Program-made: the position numbers and the translations under genes
Part shown: piece by piece, positions 45,394 through 54,600 of the stretch
Layout: the number at the start of each line of letters is the position of its first letter
How positions within the stretch are numbered: position 1 is the stretch's first letter
Source of the DNA: Candidatus Doudnabacteria bacterium
Lineage (GTDB): Bacteria; Patescibacteriota; Doudnabacteria; UBA920
Assembly: GCA_031291995.1 (NCBI GenBank)
Contig: JARLHZ010000034.1
Span: 78,915 to 142,914, forward strand
Direction of reading: 5' to 3'
Length of the DNA stretch: 64,000 nucleotides
The notes under the pieces: model-generated
Seen by the model: only the letters and a program-made list of their open reading frames with translations
Databases searched by the model: none
What the model was told of the DNA's origin: nothing

Positions 45394-47796
45394 TTATTTA
45401 ATTGTCATCAAGGCGACCTCGAGCGATTTGGCCTCGGCCGGCCGGGGTTTTTTGACCCCGTGCCAATTTAATAATTCTTTTGCTTCCATTGGTTTGGAAA
45501 TATAAAATCCCTGGGCGAAGTTGCATCCCAAGCTTGCCAAAAAATCAAAATGTTGCAGGGTTTCCACGCCTTCGGCCACGACTTTCAAGTTCAAAATTTG
45601 CGCCATGGCAATAATGGTCTTGGTAATGCTGGTATCCTGCGGGTCGGTTATGCAATGCCTGATGAACGACTTGTCTATTTTAAGGCTGGTGATGGGGAAG
45701 CTTTTTAAATAGCTGAGGGACGAGTAGCCGGTACCAAAATCATCAATTGTAATGCGGATTCCGAGTTTTTTTAACGCGCGCAGATTAAACGCCGTCAGCT
45801 CTAAATTGTTCATGGCCAGGCTCTCGGTAATTTCCAGTTCGAGGATTGCCGGATCCAGCTCGTGCTCAGCCAGAGTTTCGGCAATACCGGAAATGAAATC
45901 CGCTTCGCAAAAACTTTGAGCCGAAACATTCACGGCTATCCGGAATTTTCCCAACCCCAAAGTCTGCCACATTTTGGCGGCCGCGCAGGCTTGTTTGAGA
46001 ATGGCGGTGTCCAGGGTGGAAATTAATCCGGTTTCTTCGGCCAGACCGATAAATTCGGCCGGTGGCAACAACCCGCGTTCGGGATGGTTCCAGCGGGCCA
46101 GCGCCTCCACGGCCACCAGTTTGCCGTTTTTTAAATTGACAATCGGCTGGTAGAAAGGGTTGATTTGATTGTACGCTAAAGCCTCGCGGAGTTCATTTTC
46201 CAAGGAAAAACTTTCAACCTGGGTCCTGCTGTCGAGGTTTTCATCATAAAAACTGAACCGGTTTCGACCGTTATTTTTGGAACGGTAAAGCGCGATGTCG
46301 GCTTTTCGCTTAAGCGTTTCCAAATTTTCGCCGTTACCCGGAAAAGTCGCAATTCCGATGCTAACCGAAGGATACAGTGTGTGCTCGGCAAGCTTCAATG
46401 GCACATTAATGGCCTTTAATATTTTTCCCGCCGCCACGGAAGCGTCCTTGTCCGAATCTATTTCATTAATTAAAATTAAAAATTCATCGCCGCCGAATCT
46501 GGATACTACGTCTTCCGGACGCAGGCAGGACAGGAAGCGGGAGGCGATTACTTTAAGCATGGTATCGCCGACGCTGTGCCCGAGGCGGTCATTAACATTC
46601 TTAAACCGGTCCATATCCAAAAACATCAGCGCCAACTGGCGATTATGGCGCTTGGCTTGTTCGAGAATACGCTCAAAACGCTCGCCGAAATCCTTGCGGT
46701 TGGGTAGTTCGGTTAATGGGTCGCTTAAAGCCTGGCTTTTTATGGTTGCCTCGGCTCGCTTGCTTTCCGTAATATCGTGGACGTTAACGACTATGCTGCC
46801 AATAGCCGGGTTTTCTATCATATTCAGCCAGGTTGATTGCATCCAGCGCCAGCCTCCGTCTTTGTGGCGATAGCGGAATTCAATGGTGTTGGAGTTTCCG
46901 GGCGCTTCAAGAATTTTTTTGATTCCGTCCTGAGCAAGGGGAATATCATCGGGATAAATAAAATTTGCCATATTTGCGCCAACAAGATCCTCGGGAGAGT
47001 ATCCGGAAAATTTTATAATCGGCGGGCTGGCGTAAACTATTTTTCCCTGAGGGGTCACCAGCCCAATGGCATCAAAGCTATTTTCAATTAAAGCCTGAAA
47101 CCTCGCCTGCTGCCGTTCAGCCTCCGTCCGCTGCAGTTTCTCGCTGGCCAACAGCCGGTTAATCGTAATAGCCTGTGCCGTGGCGTTACCCAATGCCACG
47201 CATAAACCGTTTTCTTCTTCCGAAAAATTGTGACTATTTTTATAACAAACAATCAAATTTCCGTAAATATAGCCATTAAAGTAAATCGGGATAATTACGT
47301 AGCTTTTCATAAACAAGCTTACATCATAATCCTCCTCATAATTTTGTCCATTAACATCGTTTATAAATACCGGCTCGAGATTTGTCTGGGCCAATTGGTT
47401 GCCTCCCTGTTTTCGCGGCAATTTTGGTTCATATGGAGTAGCTCCGCTTTTATAGGCCAATTTAAAATCGTCACCTTCTTTTTCCTTCATCCATCCAAAA
47501 CCAAAATCGGCTCCTAAAATGATTATGGCGGCGTCAGTAAATTTTTGGACGATGTCCGATTTATCAAACGCGTTAAAGGATTCCAGAGTTGTCCGGTTTA
47601 GTAATGTTATTTTGTTGGAAATAGTAATGTCAATCATTATATGGGAGCGGGGATTATATAGTGAACAAATACCTTTTCTATATAATCCCCCCAAGTTAAA
47701 CTTGAGCGACGAAAGTCCAAGAGCTATATACCTGATGGTAAAAACTTGCCTGGTGCATATCGATAGCCTCAATGTGATAGCCAAGTCCGGCTTCAA
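45394..47796 (-). CDS. GAF-PAS-GGDEF-EAL c-di-GMP signalling protein
   Basis: It has the GGDEF motif RFGGDEF, the EAL motifs VAVEALARW and ELEITES, plus PAS and N-terminal GAF regions. The probable true start is the internal MIDITISN near 47637. The track ORF is 800 aa. Confidence 0.8.
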   Translation of the reverse strand: MKPDLAITLRLSICTRQVFTIRYIALGLSSLKFNLGGLYRKGICSLYNPRSHIMIDITISNKITLLNRTTLESFNAFDKSDIVQKFTDAAIIILGADFGFGWMKEKEGDDFKLAYKSGATPYEPKLPRKQGGNQLAQTNLEPVFINDVNGQNYEEDYDVSLFMKSYVIIPIYFNGYIYGNLIVCYKNSHNFSEEENGLCVALGNATAQAITINRLLASEKLQRTEAERQQARFQALIENSFDAIGLVTPQGKIVYASPPIIKFSGYSPEDLVGANMANFIYPDDIPLAQDGIKKILEAPGNSNTIEFRYRHKDGGWRWMQSTWLNMIENPAIGSIVVNVHDITESKRAEATIKSQALSDPLTELPNRKDFGERFERILEQAKRHNRQLALMFLDMDRFKNVNDRLGHSVGDTMLKVIASRFLSCLRPEDVVSRFGGDEFLILINEIDSDKDASVAAGKILKAINVPLKLAEHTLYPSVSIGIATFPGNGENLETLKRKADIALYRSKNNGRNRFSFYDENLDSRTQVESFSLENELREALAYNQINPFYQPIVNLKNGKLVAVEALARWNHPERGLLPPAEFIGLAEETGLISTLDTAILKQACAAAKMWQTLGLGKFRIAVNVSAQSFCEADFISGIAETLAEHELDPAILELEITESLAMNNLELTAFNLRALKKLGIRITIDDFGTGYSSLSYLKSFPITSLKIDKSFIRHCITDPQDTSITKTIIAMAQILNLKVVAEGVETLQHFDFLASLGCNFAQGFYISKPMEAKELLNWHGVKKPRPAEAKSLEVALMTIK

Positions 47797-48493
47797 GCGG
47801 TGCCTTCAGGTCGACCAGTGCATACGGGGTTGTGTCACCCCATTGTACTTTGTCGAAGGATATGTTTTGCCAGACCCGCGGTTTGTCGTTGTCCCTACGG
47901 AATGGATGGACAACAACCATTCGAAAATTTTGGGGTTTGTTGCGGTACTGGCTGGCCACATGGTGGGCAAGCTTCTCCATAGTATCCGGCAGAAGAATCT
48001 GCCAGAATTCCGCGGTGTCTAAGAGCACGTCGGTGTCAGGGTTCAGTGCGACCTCCGCGAGGTCGGCCGTAATAATCCTGCGCGTTGTTCCGGCAAGCTT
48101 GGGTAACTGTTGGAAAAATTTCGTACCCAATTTGCGGCTAACCGAGCTTTTGTCCACAGTTGTGATATTCGCTCCATGGCTTGCCGCATGGTGGTAGACT
48201 TTCGCGTCTCTTGAATATAGGCCCGGACCGACCATAACGACCGTGTTGCCCAGCAACTTGTCGGCGTCTTCCAACCGTCTCATCTCGCTAATTGCCTGAC
48301 GTTCGTTCAGGCCGCCAATTATTCCAGATTGTGCGACATAATTGCGAACCGTATTTAAACGTGTGCCAACGATGTCAATTGGAAGCAACGGCCTGTCCGC
48401 CGAAAGCTTGGCATCCCAGTATTCCGGACTTTGATGATCCGGATATGCCGAGAAATCGCCGCGAGGGTCCAAACGGATGCTCTGCCCGCTCAT
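47696..48493 (-). CDS. Hypothetical protein, possibly a SAM-dependent methyltransferase
   Basis: 265 aa. VVMVGPGLY resembles a weak Rossmann motif I. Confidence 0.4.
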   Translation of the reverse strand: MSGQSIRLDPRGDFSAYPDHQSPEYWDAKLSADRPLLPIDIVGTRLNTVRNYVAQSGIIGGLNERQAISEMRRLEDADKLLGNTVVMVGPGLYSRDAKVYHHAASHGANITTVDKSSVSRKLGTKFFQQLPKLAGTTRRIITADLAEVALNPDTDVLLDTAEFWQILLPDTMEKLAHHVASQYRNKPQNFRMVVVHPFRRDNDKPRVWQNISFDKVQWGDTTPYALVDLKAPLEAGLGYHIEAIDMHQASFYHQVYSSWTFVAQV

Positions 48494-48596
48494 TTTAAGT
48501 TATCCTCCTTAAAGGTAATTATACCATAGGGAAATAATTCAAAATCTCGGTGGTTAAAATTAGCAAAGAACAAAGCTTAAAAGATTATCCCCCGTT

Positions 48597-48833
48597 TTAA
48601 TCCTGAGGAAATACGCGAAGGAACCTACCGACATAAATAACTACTGCTGAGCCGAACATAATTAATAACCAAGATAAAGCACTGAAGGAAATGGTGACAT
48701 TATTTATCAACGTCTCAAAAGTGAACGCTCCTAAGGCGCCAATTAAAATATCCCACTTTTTATTGTATCTTTGGGACTTGGATACCAAAAGCCCTGTGGC
48801 GATGCCCAAAAAAGATAATATGATAATGTTCAT
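48597..48833 (-). CDS. GlsB/YeaQ/YmgE-family stress membrane protein
   Basis: It starts at the internal MNIIILSFLGIATGLL. The track ORF extends to 49016. It has glycine-zipper TM helices. Confidence 0.55.
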   Translation of the reverse strand: MNIIILSFLGIATGLLVSKSQRYNKKWDILIGALGAFTFETLINNVTISFSALSWLLIMFGSAVVIYVGRFLRVFPQD

Positions 48834-49149
48834 AAACCGCCTTGTCCTATTATAATATAATTTTAAATCGGTATAAATTCCGCCACCCCTCCAGAACCCT
48901 CCTATGGCGGAATTTAAACCTATATGCAAGGACTTACTCATTATTATCGTCTTTATCGCCGTCCCGGCCGGGTTTGTTTCCCGGGTCCTGGCTGCCCTGC
49001 GTGCCGGTTTTGTCATCGTCTGCCATATTGATAATGTTATCCATATTTTTCACCTTCTTTCGGTCAGGCGGTTAATTTTGCTTTTAAACCCGTTTTGCCG
49101 CCACGCCTATTGCCCGATGTTAAGGCGAAACGGAAAAGTGCTAAAAACA

Positions 49150-49270
49150 AAAAAACCGGCCCAAAAATTGTCCGGTTTCGCCATTGGCCCCGTCCGCCCA
49201 TATATGGCGGACAAGCTGTAATTATAAGGCGACCAAATGATAAATTACAGGTTGCGGGCTTACTACTATT
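49150..49270 (-). promoter_or_regulatory. Copy 2 of the duplicated promoter/leader element, upstream of the glsB-like gene
   Basis: See the copy-1 feature. It shares the TTTGGTCGCCTTATAAT core and GGCCAATGGCGAAACCGGACAAT. The downstream terminator-like hairpin CCGGAC..GGGCCGG is followed by TTTTTTT. Confidence 0.55.
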
Positions 49271-49399
49271 AAATTTTTAAAGCACTATTGATATATTATT
49301 AAATAAAAAATTTATTGTCAATAATTTTTATACGACTTATCCACAAAATTTCACCTATGGGTAATTTAACCTTCAAACTGCCGTTAAATTTGAGCATAA

Positions 49400-49660
49400 A
49401 AAACTTGTTTCTTTAATCGACACAATTCTTCGGAGCCCTGCTCCGGGGTTGGAAATTGTGTCGTCCCGGAATTTTTCAGGGCTGTGAAAAATATCCGGGA
49501 TCCGGTCAGGGCAGCATTGTGGATCCTGGCTCTGAGATGCATTCGGCCGGGATGACACGCTTGGAATTTGCGATTGATACCTCGCAGCTCTGCTACGGGG
49601 CAGTTCATTATTTTACAAAATCCGTCCGGGTTTAACCGGGCGGATTTTGCTTAAATTCAG
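49400..49660. repeat. Hairpin-dense non-coding region, including the terminator of the secreted-protein gene
   Basis: It contains CGACACAATT...AATTGTGTCG, CCCGGAATTTTTCAG-GGCTG-TGAAAAATATCCGGG, GGATCC..GGATCC, and AAAATCCG..CGGATTTT plus a T-run on the minus strand. Confidence 0.5.
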
Positions 49661-49672
49661 TTGCCACATTCA

Positions 49673-51388
49673 TTAATGGTTCCAACCAAAATTAAACATA
49701 TTCTTTATTCCTTTGCTTAAGTCGGGCATGGTCAGAAAATTTATATGGTAATAGCCGTTGTCATCCCCGTCCTTGTCATTGTCGCCATTTTTGGTGCCAT
49801 TTTTTAAGACATTAATGGCCGCGCAATAATATGTGGTGCCCGCCACCAGCGGACCCGTGACCGCGTCATAATTGTCATAATTTAAACCGTCCGTATTACA
49901 GAACAGTTCCGCGGATCGCGTATTGGGGTGCGGGGCGGTGCCGTCGGCGTCGGTAAAGTGTATGTAGCCTTTTTGCAGATTTTCCCTCACCCACAGCAGG
50001 CTCGGCAGGCTCGATGTGCCTAAAGTCAGCGTCGCCGGGGTGGATGATGTCCCGCCGGTACCGGTGTCAAAATTTTTCCAGGCGCCGCCGGCCGGTCCGA
50101 TGAAGTTGCCGCCTCGGGGTTTAACATTCGGTCCGCCGTACTGGAAATTCCAGTTATTGGCGTATGAACAATCACCGTGCGAGTTGGCCACAAAATTGGC
50201 AATAACCGCCGGAGTCATTTGGCTGGGTCTCGAGCTGTTGTTGGCAGTACCCCAATCGGGCAGATCCGAGACATTTTTGCAGATAACTTTATACGCCGCG
50301 ACCGTCACATTTTGCGGTGGTGGCGGAGCCATTACATTGTAGGCGATGCAATAAGCGTTCGTTGGCGCACCGCCGGAAAAATTGATATTTTCCAGGTTGT
50401 CGCCGTTGTTGGCGTCGTTATAACAGCGCAGGGCGCCGAACGCCGCGTTTCCGGATTGAGGAACTTCACTGACCCATAAGCCGCCGCCGCTTAAAGCGGC
50501 TTGCTGGTTTGAAGTTAGAGATCCCGAGGTAACGTCAACCTCGCCGTTACTGCCGGTTGAGGCGGTGGTCGTTACGTCCTGCGTCTGGGTCTGATCGGTG
50601 GAAATTTTAAATTGCCACCCTGAAGCTGGAGCGCAACCGGCGGGTATTTCCGCGGTTGAAACCGGCTTGGCTACATATGGATTCGGGAAATGGGGCGTTG
50701 ATGACGCGTTGTAATTGCTGAACTTCGTAAATTTGCCGCCGGTGGCGTCAAGATTGTCAGCCGTGGCATTGCCTGCAATATCGTCGTAAGACGGGCAAAT
50801 GACTTTAACAAAATGCAGCGTCGTGTCGCCCGGTGGGGGATTGACATTGCCGCAACTTGTGTTCCAAACCACCACGTATTCATCGGAAGACAAATTGGTG
50901 AAGTTTGGCATAGTCATGCTGGGCGTAGCCGCGGCTGCCGCCGCCAGGCTGTCGCCCCAGCTGTAACCCGCAAGCACATAAGGCAGGTTGGAGGCGCAAG
51001 TCGGCCCCACCGCGCCGTACATATTTTCGTAGGTATTGTAACTGTTGGTGTCCGATGGTATTGTTTCCACAATCTGGTAGGGATTGGAAGTGTTAACGCC
51101 AACCGGCCCCAATAAATAATCGCCTTCGCCGCCCGTGTATTTTACGTGCATAGAAAAGGTCGCGCTGTTGGTATTTTGCGCCGTGGCCGGCTGGCCGTCG
51201 ACGTACTTAACCAAGGTTACATTAACTGTTGCCGGCGCGGCTAGCGTAAACGCGGCCGGGGTTAGGGCACCGGCCAGGCTGCCGAGGCTGAGAACCGCCG
51301 CGGACAACCCGGACAAAATTTTCTTCCCGCCTTTTAAAGCAGGCCTGCCGAGCGGGGATCCCGCTGAGCGGGACGTAATATTGCTCAT
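49673..51388 (-). CDS. Secreted Ser/Thr/Asn-rich protein, a candidate cell-surface glycoprotein (GC-rich)
   Basis: 571 aa with a signal peptide (LSAAVLSLGSLAGALTPAAFTLAAPA), Thr/Ser-rich linkers and at least 12 N-x-S/T sequons. GC is about 57% by eye. Confidence 0.55.
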   Translation of the reverse strand: MSNITSRSAGSPLGRPALKGGKKILSGLSAAVLSLGSLAGALTPAAFTLAAPATVNVTLVKYVDGQPATAQNTNSATFSMHVKYTGGEGDYLLGPVGVNTSNPYQIVETIPSDTNSYNTYENMYGAVGPTCASNLPYVLAGYSWGDSLAAAAAATPSMTMPNFTNLSSDEYVVVWNTSCGNVNPPPGDTTLHFVKVICPSYDDIAGNATADNLDATGGKFTKFSNYNASSTPHFPNPYVAKPVSTAEIPAGCAPASGWQFKISTDQTQTQDVTTTASTGSNGEVDVTSGSLTSNQQAALSGGGLWVSEVPQSGNAAFGALRCYNDANNGDNLENINFSGGAPTNAYCIAYNVMAPPPPQNVTVAAYKVICKNVSDLPDWGTANNSSRPSQMTPAVIANFVANSHGDCSYANNWNFQYGGPNVKPRGGNFIGPAGGAWKNFDTGTGGTSSTPATLTLGTSSLPSLLWVRENLQKGYIHFTDADGTAPHPNTRSAELFCNTDGLNYDNYDAVTGPLVAGTTYYCAAINVLKNGTKNGDNDKDGDDNGYYHINFLTMPDLSKGIKNMFNFGWNH

Positions 51389-51692
51389 ATCTCTCCTTTC
51401 ATTTTTTAATTAGATGTTAATTAATTTTTTAATTAATCGACCATACAAGAATAACGGTAAAATAAAATTTTTGTTTTAGTCGAAACTAACGCTTTGCCAC
51501 CTGGGGTGGTCCATAAAAATTGAAAGCGGTTTTTAAAAATAAAGGATTATTTTTTAATTTCGCCCCATCCAAGGAAAATTTTTTGTTCGGGGAAACAGAC
51601 GCGACACCTTAAGCGATAGCTTAATTGCAAAACTTTGGCGGGGTCATATAAGTTTTGCCAATTCTCTCGGCTTTAATCGCGCCTCATATCCA

Positions 51693-54600
51693 ATGATGAA
51701 TTTTTTTCGTAATAAAAAATCCACTGCCGCAGACGGCTTTCAGGCCGCGAACTTAAGGCTCCCATTACATAAGACCGCGAAAACCACCCTGGATTCCAAC
51801 CAAAAAATTTGGATTTTGGTATTTGCGGCTGTTTTCGGGCTGTCCGTCAGTTTTAACTGGCGCTTGACCTTACTTAGCGTCATTGCCCTGCTGATGATTC
51901 TGTATTTTATCGACCTGATATTTAATTTATTTTTAATTTTCAGGAGTTTTTCCTACAGGCCGGAAATAGTTTCGGATTCGACCGAGTTAAATAATTTAGA
52001 TGATGCCGCGTTGCCGGTTTACACGGTGTTCTGTCCGCTTTATCGCGAATCGGCCGTTCTGCCGCAGTTTATTCGGGCCATGGGCTCCCTGGATTATCCG
52101 AAAGACAAGCTCCAGATTTTGCTGTTGCTTGAAGAAGACGACCGGCCGACTATTCGGGCGGCTCGCGCGGCGTCTTTACCGCCGTATTTTGAAATTGCCG
52201 TAGTTCCTCATTCATTGCCCAAAACCAAGCCCAAAGCCATGAACCACGGCCTCGGGCTAGCCAAAGGAGAATACATTACGATTTATGACGCGGAGGATGT
52301 ACCCGATCCCCGGCAGTTAAAAAAAGCCTATTTGGCATTCCACACTCTCGGGCCAAAAGTCGTCTGTGTCCAAAGCAAATTGAATTTTTACAATCCTTCC
52401 CAGAATTTCGTCACGCGCCTGTTTACCGCCGAATACTCATTATGGTTCGACCTTGTTTTGCCGGGATTGCAGTCTTTGGGCGCGCCCATTCCGCTGGGCG
52501 GGACCTCCAATCATTTTCGCACCGCCGATTTAATCAGGCTGAAAGGCTGGGATCCGTTTAATGTGACCGAAGATTGTGATCTCGGCGTCCGTTTGGCCAA
52601 ACACGGCTACCGCACCGCCATTATAGATTCCACCACGTATGAGGAGGCTAATTCACATTTGAAAAATTGGTATAGCCAAAGATCCCGCTGGATAAAAGGG
52701 TATATGCAGACGTATTTGGTGCATATGCGATCGCCCAAGGAAATGTGGAAAGACTGGCGGGAGCCGCACCTGCTGACTTTCCAGCTGGTTGTCGGGGGAA
52801 AAATTTTATCCATGTTCATTAATCCTCTTCTGTGGCTGGTAACGATTATATATTTTTTGTTCCGTTCCAGTGCCGCCCCGTATATTGAGCCATTTTTCCC
52901 CGGCTGGATTTTGTACCTTGGAGTGTTCTCGCTGGTCTTCGGAAATTTTTTATATTTGTATTATTATATGATCGGCCTGGCCAAACGGCAGTATGACGGC
53001 ATGATCAAATACGCCTTTGCCGTACCGTTTTACTGGCTGGCGATGAGCCTGGCGGCTTGGCAAGCCTTTTACGAAATAATTTTTAAACCGCATTATTGGG
53101 CGAAAACCGTCCACGGCCTGCATCTGGATAAAAAGGCTTTTGAACGGGAGCGCTCGCCGGAGCCGGCGGCCGAGATTGCCGGCGGGCCGGATATTATTAC
53201 CGTGGCGCCGGCCAATGTCCAAACTCCGTCCGTGGCCGCGGGCATCGCGCAAAACTTTGCCGTCAGCGCCGTGTCCCAGGCCAGCTTCAGCCTGCTTGAC
53301 CGGTCGCGCACTATATTCCGCACGCCTAAAAAGTTTTTGCGCGCCTCATTCCTGGTTTCCAAAAATAAAGTCATGCCGCTGCTATCCACCGGCTTGGGGG
53401 CGGGAACCGTGCTCGCCGCGGCCATGATGACGGCGAATTTTTTTAACTTTTTCTATAACGCGTATTTGGGCAGGGTGTTAAGTTATGAAACTTTCGGCAT
53501 TGTAATTTTATTCAACACCTTTCTGTCTTTTTTGACCGTATTCGTCGGCGCGCTTTCCACCACGGTCACGCATCGGGCCGCCTATTTAAAATCCAGGTTC
53601 GGCGGGTCGGCGGCCGAGGAATTTATGGAGCTGATGCGCAGGAAAAGCTTATGGGCGGCGCTTGCCGCCTGCGGCATCTGGTTGGTTTCTGTTCCCATGC
53701 TTGAAAGCTACTTTAACCTGCCACATTTTTTGCCGTTTATCCTGTTTGCCCCGGTTATTGCTTTAAGCGTCGTCGCTTACAATGAGCGGGCATTTTTGCA
53801 GGGCGGCCTCTTTTTTAAGCTGGTCGGCGCGGCAATTTTGGCGGAATCGGGCGCAAAACTTTTTTCCGCGTTTTTGTTAGCCGGGGTTTTCCATCTTCCT
53901 GACTGGGTTTATTTATCCATTCCGATTTCCCTCGGCGCGTCGGCACTTTGCGCCTGGTTATTGGTTAAGAGAGTCAGCGTAAAAAATTTGGCGGCCGGAC
54001 GAAATTTTGTCCGGGAAAAAGAAGTGGCCGGGGAAGGATTCCCCGCGAAATTCTTTTTGGCTTCGCTTCTGGCGGGCCTGTCGACTTCGGTATTCCTGAA
54101 CTTTGACGTATTTCTTACCAAACACTATTTTCCCGCGGCACTAGCCGGGGAGTATTCGCTGCTGTCGCTGATCGGCAAGATGATTTATTTTCTCGGCTCG
54201 CTGTTAATTTCCTTTATAGTCGCCCTTGTCAGCTCCAATGAAGGCCAAAATGCCAGTTCGCAAAAGACTTTTTACAGGATATTTGCCGCAACCGCGGCCC
54301 TGGTCTTTGCGTCGGTTATTGCGCTGGGGCCGCTTGGCGGCATTGTCGTGCCGCTGCTGTTTGGTGCCAAGGCGGTGCCTATTCTGCCATTTTTGACCGA
54401 TTATATGCTGGCCATGGCTCTATTCACCCTTTCCACTGCCATACTGATGTACCACTTGGCCCGCAGACAATACGTATTTTCGGGGGCCGCGCTTTTGTGC
54501 GCGGCGGTCATGTGCGCGGGAATAATATTGCGGCATGGCGGAATTTTGCAGGTCACGCATGTTATGTTGCTGGCCGGCGCCCTGAGCCTCGCGGTTTTGG

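Noticed and set aside
45394-47796. N-terminal 53 residues of the 800-aa GGDEF-EAL ORF, including the 100-nt overlap with the upstream gene
   Set aside because: The low-complexity N-terminus overlaps the preceding gene. The internal Met (MIDITISN) near 47637 is the more plausible start.
47519-48498. Plus-strand ORFs 47519..48022, 47832..48197 and 48292..48498
   Set aside because: They are antisense to the 265-aa minus-strand gene and have no motifs.
50016-51413. Several ORFs on both strands inside the secreted-protein gene
   Set aside because: They are alternative frames of a GC-rich gene. The 571-aa frame has a signal peptide and a coherent domain composition.
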